A DNA stretch of 64,000 nt from Candidatus Latescibacterota bacterium (GTDB taxonomy: Bacteria; Latescibacterota; UBA2968; UBA8231): the NCBI GenBank assembly GCA_965206595.1, contig OZ242214.1, positions 3,744,001 through 3,808,000 on the forward strand. The letters are read 5' to 3'. Below are positions 56,794 through 64,000 of this stretch, in pieces (the stretch's first letter is position 1; every line of letters starts with the position of its first letter). The translations under genes and the position numbers were made by a program. The notes under the pieces were generated by a model. It ran no database searches and had not been told where the DNA came from. It saw only the letters and a list, made by a program, of their open reading frames with translations.

Positions 56794-58578
56794 ATGGACA
56801 TGACCGCGCATTCGAGTGCACAGGACGCTCCGACCGTTCTTCCCGACGGGACCCGGTTCCCGATCTGGGATGATGAGACGGACTACCGGAAAGCCTACTA
56901 CGTCGACCAGCAGCACCCCGGAGCCTCCGACGACAACCCGGGCACGGAAGAGGCGCCCTTTTTCACCATCCAGCGAGCCGCCGAGGCCGTCGGGCCGGCA
57001 GAGAAGGTGCTGATCAAGTCGGGGGTCTACCGCGAGTGGGTCCACCCGCTCCGCGGCGGCACGGGGACCGGGGGTATGGTCGGTTTCGAGGCGGCTCCCG
57101 GCGCCGAGGCCGTTATCCGCGGATCCCGGGTGCTGAGCGACCCGTGGACCAATCTGGAGGAGCCCCATTCGGTCAGCGTGTGGAGGACGGAGCTGCCCGA
57201 GTCCTTCTTCGCAGGGGATCATCCCTTTGCCGTGGTCAACACCACCGACGAGGACTTCGAGCTCATGCGCTGGGCGCGCGGGTCCAAGGGGATTGTCCCG
57301 CACAGTTTGCCCCGCGCCCTGGTCTTCCAGGACGGCCGGAGGCTGACCCAGCTGAGCGCGCTGGCGGACCTTGCCCGGGTGCCAGGGGCGTTCTGGATCG
57401 ACTCGGAGGACCGCAAGCTGTACCTGCATCCCTTCGACCGCCGCCACCCCGACGCCTGCGAAATCGAGGCCACCACCCAACAGTTTCTGTTCAACCCGAA
57501 GGTCAGGGGGCTGGGGTACATCCGCATCAGCGGGTTGACCTTCGAGCACGCCGGCAACGGCTTCATCCGCTCCGGAAACGGGGCGGTGGCGGCCTGGGGA
57601 GGCCACCACTGGATCATCGAGGACAACACCGTCCGTCACATCAATTCGGTGGGCATCGAGATCGGCGGCTTCACCGACGAGCGGGCCGAGGATGAAAACC
57701 GCGATAAACTGGATGAGACGACGGGCGGCCATCTGGTCAGGCGCAATCACGTGTACGACTGCGGCACGGGCGGCATTCAGGGAACCGTCGTTCCGAGAAG
57801 CCTGGTGGCCGGCAACCACATCCACGACTGCGGCTGGCAGGAGGTTCAGTCCTACCAGGAAACCGCAGGTATCAAGATCCTGCTCACCCTCGACACGGTG
57901 GTACAGTGCAATCACATCCACCACTGTTACGCCGCCCCGGGAATCTGGATGGATTTCGTCAACCGGAATTCCCGGGTGTGCCGCAACCTGCTGCACGACA
58001 TCGCGACCTTCAACGGGGCGATCTTCTTCGAGGCCTCCAACGTCCCCAACCTGATCGACCACAACGTCATCTACAACGTGAAGGCGGGCAGCGGCATTTA
58101 CCAGCGGGACTGCGACCAGCTTCTGATCGCCCACAACCTCGTACGGAACTGCGACCATGCCGGGATCCACATGCGCAAGACGCCGACAAGGGACCGCGTT
58201 GGCGTCTGCAAGGACAACCGCGTGATCAACAACATCCTCGCGAACTGTTCGCTGGCGTTCGACTACGAGGTCATGGAGAACGTCTCGGACAACAACATCC
58301 TCTCCGGGATGGGCGAGGGGTTCGGCCTGGAGGACTGGCAGGCATCCGGTCTCGACATTCACAGTCGAACCGCCCGACTCGAGATGGCGATCGATCCAGG
58401 GTACCAGCTTCTCACCTGGTCGTCGGCGACCGATGCGGTCCCGACTGTGCCGCGCGACGAGCTGTTGAATTGCGACTACTTCGGCGGTTCGTATCCCGGG
58501 GATGAAGTCCCGGTCGGTCCCTTTACCGAAGGCTTGAGCGCGGTGCCCCGCCGGCTGCGGCTGGCACCCGGCAGATGA
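56794..58578 (+). CDS. Right-handed parallel beta-helix protein (DUF1565-like N-terminus), putative glycoside hydrolase/lyase
   Basis: YYVD...GASDDNPGT...PF.TIQRAA...G.YRE; repeated N..HH/D..G.GI beta-helix rungs. Confidence 0.8.
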   Translation: MDMTAHSSAQDAPTVLPDGTRFPIWDDETDYRKAYYVDQQHPGASDDNPGTEEAPFFTIQRAAEAVGPAEKVLIKSGVYREWVHPLRGGTGTGGMVGFEAAPGAEAVIRGSRVLSDPWTNLEEPHSVSVWRTELPESFFAGDHPFAVVNTTDEDFELMRWARGSKGIVPHSLPRALVFQDGRRLTQLSALADLARVPGAFWIDSEDRKLYLHPFDRRHPDACEIEATTQQFLFNPKVRGLGYIRISGLTFEHAGNGFIRSGNGAVAAWGGHHWIIEDNTVRHINSVGIEIGGFTDERAEDENRDKLDETTGGHLVRRNHVYDCGTGGIQGTVVPRSLVAGNHIHDCGWQEVQSYQETAGIKILLTLDTVVQCNHIHHCYAAPGIWMDFVNRNSRVCRNLLHDIATFNGAIFFEASNVPNLIDHNVIYNVKAGSGIYQRDCDQLLIAHNLVRNCDHAGIHMRKTPTRDRVGVCKDNRVINNILANCSLAFDYEVMENVSDNNILSGMGEGFGLEDWQASGLDIHSRTARLEMAIDPGYQLLTWSSATDAVPTVPRDELLNCDYFGGSYPGDEVPVGPFTEGLSAVPRRLRLAPGR

Positions 58579-58597
58579 TCCGCAGGAGTCGAACGCA

Positions 58598-59296
58598 ATG
58601 CGCATTCTCGTAACCGGTGCCGCCGGCCAGGTCGGCGGCGCCGTGGCACGCGGCCTGCTGAAACGCCACCAGGTGCGCGGTCACGACCGCCGGCCCATGC
58701 CCGAGCTCGATGACACCGTCGTCAGCGACCTGAGCGATTTCGATGCCGTCCTCGAGGCCACCCGCGGCGTCGATGGGGTAGCCCACATCGGAGGCCTGCC
58801 GGGAGGCGACGAGTGGGAGGCCATCCACCAGAGCAACATAATCGGCACCTACAACGTGTTCGAAGCCTGCCGCCGCAACGGCGTCAGGCGCGTGGCCTTC
58901 GCGAGCCGCATCGGCGTGTATGGCGAGTTTCCGCGGGGGGTCACCCTTTCCGTGGACCTCGTACCCACCCCCGTCGGCTTCTACACCATTAGCAAGGTCT
59001 TCGGCGAATCGATCGCGTACTCCTATGCCAGCGAGCACGGCATGGGTTGCGTCTGCGTCCGCATCGGCAGCTTCACCCTGGAGCGCGACCAGCCGGAGTC
59101 CCCCCTCCATCTCAGCCACGGCGACTGCGTGCGGGTGTTCGAACAGGCGCTGGTGCACCCCGGGGTGACCTTCGCCGTCGTCTTCGGTGTATCCGACAGC
59201 AACTGGCCGCTCTACGATCTGGACCACGGCCGCCGGGTTATCGGATACCACCCGCAGGACCGGTCCTTCGTTCCGGAAGACAAGTGGCGGAAGTAG
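58598..59296 (+). CDS. NAD-dependent epimerase/dehydratase, uronate-dehydrogenase-like
   Basis: ILVTGAAGQVG, NIIGTYNVFEA, RVAFAS, Y..SKVFGE, VRIGS, LSHGD, IGY.PQD. Confidence 0.88.
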   Translation: MRILVTGAAGQVGGAVARGLLKRHQVRGHDRRPMPELDDTVVSDLSDFDAVLEATRGVDGVAHIGGLPGGDEWEAIHQSNIIGTYNVFEACRRNGVRRVAFASRIGVYGEFPRGVTLSVDLVPTPVGFYTISKVFGESIAYSYASEHGMGCVCVRIGSFTLERDQPESPLHLSHGDCVRVFEQALVHPGVTFAVVFGVSDSNWPLYDLDHGRRVIGYHPQDRSFVPEDKWRK

Positions 59297-59779
59297 ATCC
59301 GGCCAGGGTTTCCCGTTGCCGATCCAAGGGCCCGGGGTCGCTGAGCGCCTGACGGGTTGGCGGCGACCCGGCGCAGACTCAAGGGGACGGCAAGCTCTAC
59401 CCCGGCAGCGTCGGCGCAATGCTACCGCGGTTTCGGCGCGCAGCAGAATTTGGCGGCTCCGCGGCACTCGAACGGGAGCTTTGGAATCTCCTTTTTTTGC
59501 CTTACATTGGCTGCGTTTTCCCCGGGCGGCAGCTACCGCAAGGGTCGGACCCAGGCAGTTCGAATCTTTCAGGATCTCCCTTGTGTGATCGAGTCGCGAG
59601 AGTGGAATTCTCCATGGGTCTCCATGCGCTCCACCTGTGCGACCCCGGGTCCGAGAGCGGACCGGGGCATGGAACCGGAACTATAGGAACCGTAAGAAAC
59701 CAGCGGTTACCTTCGAGCAGCAGGAAGACGAAGAAAAAGAGATATAGCAAGAGGCCAATCCTGCGAAAGGAGCAATGCA

Positions 59780-60532
59780 ATGTTGGATATCGTCACGAGC
59801 GGTGGGCCGTTGATGGTACCTCTGATCGGGTGCGCTGTCTTGTCCCTCGCCCTGATTATCGAGCGCGTGGTGGTGTTCCGCCGACTTCCCGACCGCGACA
59901 GAGCCCGGGAAGAGCTGGAACGGGTGGAAAGCGCGCTGGTCGACAGAGGAGAGGAAGCAGTAGTCGAGGAATGCAACCAAGGGAAGGGTGTTCTCAACTA
60001 CATGTTTGCCTCTCTCCTGCAACGCTACGACGTCCTGATGATCGAGCAGCGGGAATTCCAGGGGACGCACGAGGAGATCATACGTCTGTCCGAGGCGGCG
60101 GGGGGCGCCCAGATAGGCCGCTTCCTGGTTATGGAGAACGCCTTGAAAGACCTGAAGGATGAACTGGTGATCCAGACGGAAGAGGCCTTGCGCGGATACC
60201 TCGGAAAGCATCTGCCCGTTTTACAAACGATCGGGACCATCAGTCCACTGCTGGGACTGCTGGGAACGATCATAGGTATGATCATCGCCTTCGAGTCCAT
60301 CGCGGTGTCCGGGACCGGAGATCCGAAGGTCGTAGCCGGTGGCATATCGCAGGCCCTTGGCACGACGGCGGGGGGGCTGATCATCGCCATCCCCACGATC
60401 GTGGCCTACCGTTATCTGGCGCGCAGGGCCGAGGTATGCAAGGAACGGGTGGAGGTATACGGACACGCGTTTTCAAACGCCTTGATCATGGCGGGAAAGC
60501 GGCGTGAAGAGGCGCAACAAGGGCAGGGTTAG
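59780..60532 (+). CDS. exbB: MotA/TolQ/ExbB proton-channel protein
   Basis: GGPLM.PL..C.V.SLA.IIER; ISPLLGLLGTI.GMI.AF; VAGGISQAL.TTA.GL.IAIP; AAGGAG RBS. Confidence 0.9.
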   Translation: MLDIVTSGGPLMVPLIGCAVLSLALIIERVVVFRRLPDRDRAREELERVESALVDRGEEAVVEECNQGKGVLNYMFASLLQRYDVLMIEQREFQGTHEEIIRLSEAAGGAQIGRFLVMENALKDLKDELVIQTEEALRGYLGKHLPVLQTIGTISPLLGLLGTIIGMIIAFESIAVSGTGDPKVVAGGISQALGTTAGGLIIAIPTIVAYRYLARRAEVCKERVEVYGHAFSNALIMAGKRREEAQQGQG

Positions 60533-60593
60533 CCAACCTGTTCTGGGCGGGCGAAGTTACGGGATGTTTCCGCCTGCCATCGCTGGTACCAAT

Positions 60594-60651
60594 GGCTGTA
60601 CCCCTGTTCTTGAAGCCCCCTCGGCTGTACCCCTGTTCTTGAAGCCCCCTC
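60594..60651. repeat. Exact 29-bp tandem repeat GGCTGTACCCCTGTTCTTGAAGCCCCCTC x2
   Basis: 60594-60622 and 60623-60651, no spacer. Confidence 0.9.
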
Positions 60652-60675
60652 GACAGACAAGAGTCAGCCCTCTCG

Positions 60676-62190
60676 ATGATCGACATCGGAACGACCAAGC
60701 AGCTCTTCTTCGACGACTACCTGATCGAAGCCCTGACCAAGGCCAGGCAGGGCATGAACCAGGCGGTCAAGGTGGACGACAACCCCATCCTGCGGCCGGA
60801 GCGACCCTGGGAGGGAAACCACGTGAGGCCCGAAAAAGTGGTTTTCGACCCCGGGGATCAGGTCTTCAGGATGTGGTACAACGCATCTACCACTTCGGTT
60901 CGGCTCGAAAACGGCAAGCCCGTTCCCGGCGGCGCTGCCGGTTTCGAGCTGGACACACAGGGGGGCGTGACCTGCCTGGCCATCTCCCGGGACGGCGTCC
61001 ACTGGGAGCGGCCCTCGCTCGGGCTCGTGGAGTTCGAGGGATCTAAGGACAACAACATCCTCCCCGTAAAAGGGAATCTGCCCACCCACCCGGATTTCAG
61101 AGACCCGCACGAGACGGACCCCGCAAAGCTGTACAAGGCCATGCGCCTGACCGGCGGCACACGGACGCGGGGCATGCAATACGACCTCTTCCATTCCCCG
61201 GACGGGTTCGAGTGGACTGCTTACGAGGGCAACCCCGTCATCGACACCGGACAGGAATTGGGACGCTGGTCGGGCCGCTTTCAGGGATGGGACCCCATAC
61301 GCGAAACCTACTACGTCACGATGGAGGCCGGTCACCACTGGCGGGGTCCCTACGGCAAGCGCCTGGTAGGCAAGGCGGAAAGCCCGGACATGATCCACTG
61401 GAGCGAGCCCGAGATCATCCTGGTACCGGACCGGGAGGACTTCCCCGACACCGAGTTCTACAGCATGCCGGTCCTGCCCTACGAGGGGATTTACGTCGGG
61501 TTGCTGTGGATCTTTCGCACCACCAACGTCACCCATCACCCGGAGCTCGTCTTCAGCCGGAACGGCTTTCACTGCCAGCGCAACTACCGGGAGCCGTTCA
61601 TTCCCCGCGGGTCCGCCCGGGCGGACTTCGACTCGAGCAGCGTCTACGCCCAGGACGTCATCGTCCACGGGGACCGCATACTCACCTACTACATCGGCAC
61701 GAACAGCCGCTCTCCCGAGATCGCATTGGAGCTCGGCGACAAGGCCGCGACCGGCATCGGCCTGGCAGTTTCGCGGCTCGACGGGTTCGTCTCCCTGGAC
61801 AGCGGCAAAGGCTGGATGGTTTCCGACCTGTCCGAGGACGAGCTCGCGAAGACCACCGGCGAGCGGGTGCTCTTCACGGAGCCGGAGTCGTTCGGCCAGA
61901 TGGTGACCCGCCCATTCCGCTTCTCCGGGTCGCGCCTGCGTGTGAACGCGAGCATGGCGCCGGTCGCCGCCGGCCCGGGTCCCGGCGAGGTGCGGGTGGA
62001 GATTCTGAGGCCGAACTTCAAGAAGCTGCCCGGGTTCACCTTCGACGACGCCGACCCGATGACCCGTTCCAGTCTGGACCATGCCGTTTCCTGGAACGGC
62101 AGTTCCGACCTGAGCGCGCTGGCCGGCCGCTCGATAAAGCTTCGCTTCTATTTCAAGAACGCCAAGCTCTACTCCTTCCAATTCAGATAG
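60676..62190 (+). CDS. Beta-propeller glycoside-hydrolase-like protein, paralog E (close to 38165-39712)
   Basis: IDIGTTKQLFFDDYLIE, ERPWEG, SPDGFEWTAYE.NPVID, AESPDMIHWSE, LRFYFKNAKLYSFQFR. Confidence 0.85.
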   Translation: MIDIGTTKQLFFDDYLIEALTKARQGMNQAVKVDDNPILRPERPWEGNHVRPEKVVFDPGDQVFRMWYNASTTSVRLENGKPVPGGAAGFELDTQGGVTCLAISRDGVHWERPSLGLVEFEGSKDNNILPVKGNLPTHPDFRDPHETDPAKLYKAMRLTGGTRTRGMQYDLFHSPDGFEWTAYEGNPVIDTGQELGRWSGRFQGWDPIRETYYVTMEAGHHWRGPYGKRLVGKAESPDMIHWSEPEIILVPDREDFPDTEFYSMPVLPYEGIYVGLLWIFRTTNVTHHPELVFSRNGFHCQRNYREPFIPRGSARADFDSSSVYAQDVIVHGDRILTYYIGTNSRSPEIALELGDKAATGIGLAVSRLDGFVSLDSGKGWMVSDLSEDELAKTTGERVLFTEPESFGQMVTRPFRFSGSRLRVNASMAPVAAGPGPGEVRVEILRPNFKKLPGFTFDDADPMTRSSLDHAVSWNGSSDLSALAGRSIKLRFYFKNAKLYSFQFR

Positions 62191-62297
62191 TCCCGGGCAG
62201 GAGGCCGCAACTGGGCCGTGTTCAACAGCGAGAAGATGGGAAGATTCAGAGCCCCCGCAGTAGATTGGCGCAACCGCGAAAAGAGCGGAGGAGCAGG

Positions 62298-63338
62298 ATG
62301 GACATTCTCGAACGCTACGTAGCCATCGACGACAAGTGCGCATGGCCGAACCTGACGCTCATGCCGGACGGCAGCATCGTGGCGACCATCTTCGGCGAGC
62401 CCTGCCACCAGCTGTGGGAAGGGTCGCCCGAATGCTGGATCAGCAGCGACGGAGGCAGGCTCTGGTCCTTCCTCAGCGTTCCGGTTCAGCACGAACGGGG
62501 CCGCACCCGAGGCGACCTGGCCGCGGGTCTGACCCACGACGGGGCCTTCGTGGTCCTGTGCAGCGGCCGCAGGTTCGCGCCGCCCCGGGGGGAGCTGCTC
62601 GAGCGGCCCAGAACCAGGGAGGAGACGGGAAACCAGGACGCGGTGGTCTGCCGTTCCACGGACGGGGGCCGAACTTGGAGCAGGGACGGGGCCATCCACT
62701 ATCCCCCGAACGTCGACAACGCCGTCCCGTTCGGAGACGTGGTGAAGCTTCCCGGGAATCGTCTGGCCGTTTCCTGCTATTCGGCCGAAGACGACCGCGC
62801 CGAGGACGAAAGCGGCGACAGCGCCTGGATCTACTTCAGCGACGATGACGGGCGAACCTGGGGGGATGCCCGGCTCATCGGCGCGGACAGGTACAACGAA
62901 ACCGACCTGCTGGTCCTGGGGGCGGGCAAGCTGCTCGCCGCCAGCCGCACGGCGAGAACAGCCGAGACCGAGATCTTTGCCTCCGGAGACGGAGGGCAAA
63001 CCTGGACCTGCCGCGGTGCGGTGACGCCCTCCAGGCATATGCCCGCCCATCTGCTGCAGCTCCAGGACCAATCGATCCTGCTCACCTACGGGGTGCGCCT
63101 GCGGGGCATGCTCGGAGTCTGCGCCATGATCAGTCGCGACGAAGGCGTCTCCTGGGACCATCCCCGGGTACTGTTCAATACCGATGTCTACCAGTCGGAT
63201 ACCAGTCCCATAGGGGTCGATGGCGGCTACCCCTCGAGCTTGCAGTTGGAAGACGGCACCATCCTCACCGCCTACTACTGCCAGCGCATTCCCATGCACC
63301 AGCGCTATCACATGGGTGTCGTTCTCTGGCGCGATTGA
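62298..63338 (+). CDS. Sialidase-like/BNR (Asp-box) repeat protein
   Basis: ATG 62298 after GGAGGAG; Asp boxes SSDGGRLW, STDGGRTW, SDDDGRTW, SGDGGQTW, SRDEGVSW; DGGYPSS.QL.DGTI.TAYY. Confidence 0.85.
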   Translation: MDILERYVAIDDKCAWPNLTLMPDGSIVATIFGEPCHQLWEGSPECWISSDGGRLWSFLSVPVQHERGRTRGDLAAGLTHDGAFVVLCSGRRFAPPRGELLERPRTREETGNQDAVVCRSTDGGRTWSRDGAIHYPPNVDNAVPFGDVVKLPGNRLAVSCYSAEDDRAEDESGDSAWIYFSDDDGRTWGDARLIGADRYNETDLLVLGAGKLLAASRTARTAETEIFASGDGGQTWTCRGAVTPSRHMPAHLLQLQDQSILLTYGVRLRGMLGVCAMISRDEGVSWDHPRVLFNTDVYQSDTSPIGVDGGYPSSLQLEDGTILTAYYCQRIPMHQRYHMGVVLWRD

Positions 63339-63475
63339 TCCTGGAAATCAGCGCCCCGGCGACCGGGACCATTTACGCCCCAGGCCGGGCCGTCGCGGGC
63401 AGGATTTCGATTGAAGCCTTGCTTCCCGCAGGGCTGCGACAGCATCTCGCAGCTTCACCGTGTGGAACCGCAGAC

Positions 63476-64000
63476 ATGACTGACGATCTCGATCCCAGGC
63501 GGCACCTGGAACTCGAAGGCACCGTCAACACGAGGGACATAGGCGGATACGCGACCCGGGACGGGCGGCGGACCCGCTGGGGCAGACTGCTGCGGTCCGA
63601 CTCCCTGCACCGGCTCTCACCACGGTCGCGGCAGGCCCTCCTCGATTTCGGTTTGCGTTCGGTTCTCGACCTGAGAAAGAGCCTGGAGATGCAGAAGAAC
63701 CGCAACGTCTTCTTCGGCTCAGACAAGGTGAAGTACTACCATCAGAACATGGTCGGAGATACCCTGATCCGGGAACGCGAAAGCATCCCGGAGTCTCTCG
63801 ATTACGTCGAGCACATGCGCTGGTCCTACTCGGTGGTTCTCGACCGGCGCAAGTCCCAGATACACGACACGCTCTGCCTTCTGGCGCAGTCGGAGACGCT
63901 TCCCGCCCTCGTCCACTGCGCCGGCGGCACCGAAAGGACGGGGCTCATCGTCGGCCTGGTCCTCGGGATCGCCGGAGTCCCCGATGAGACGATCGCCGAA
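63476..64000 (+). CDS. Tyrosine-protein phosphatase, paralog of 49207-49965 (truncated by window end)
   Basis: Manual translation MTDDLDPRRHLELEGTVNTRDIGGYATRDGRRTRWGRLLRSDSLHRL...HCAGGTERTG. Confidence 0.85.
   Translation, partial: MTDDLDPRRHLELEGTVNTRDIGGYATRDGRRTRWGRLLRSDSLHRLSPRSRQALLDFGLRSVLDLRKSLEMQKNRNVFFGSDKVKYYHQNMVGDTLIRERESIPESLDYVEHMRWSYSVVLDRRKSQIHDTLCLLAQSETLPALVHCAGGTERTGLIVGLVLGIAGVPDETIAE

Noticed and set aside
60594-60651. CRISPR array
   Set aside because: Only two units, no spacer, no cas genes
61212-62297. N-terminal extension of the 708-aa ORF
   Set aside because: Out-of-frame overlap with 60676-62190; strong RBS before ATG 62298

Overview
High-GC bacterial window, probably from the FCB-superphylum candidate lineages (Latescibacterota/Handelsmanbacteria/Poribacteria-like; inferred only from protein families and C-terminal motifs). 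Bases 1-17.4 kb are a co-oriented minus-strand cell-envelope cluster: two ExbD genes, a small lipoprotein, two secreted proteins with FlgD-Ig/T9SS-like C-terminal domains, and at least four paralogous ~900-970 aa signal-peptide proteins of an unnamed family. These have Asp/Asn-rich Ca-binding-like loops and beta-barrel-like C-termini. Two of them are near-identical over 2821 bp, differing at one 5-nt patch. Divergently transcribed are a ~1600 aa degenerate M28-peptidase/FtsX-permease fusion, carrying a tandem RecA-C-terminal-like insert, and a UPF0182 protein. Bases 25.5-64 kb are a catabolic region: five beta-propeller GH-like paralogs, a GH106-like enzyme, BNR and beta-helix proteins, two enolase-superfamily dehydratases, four PhyH-family dioxygenases (two with halogenase-type HxG/HxA motifs), epimerases, an amidohydrolase, two tyrosine phosphatases, an OPT-like DUF6785 membrane protein and an orphan ExbB. 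It also holds a low-GC island with an IS1-family remnant and an IS630 inserted in a stop codon. No rRNA, tRNA or CRISPR array was seen. All family calls are motif recognition by eye, not database searches.
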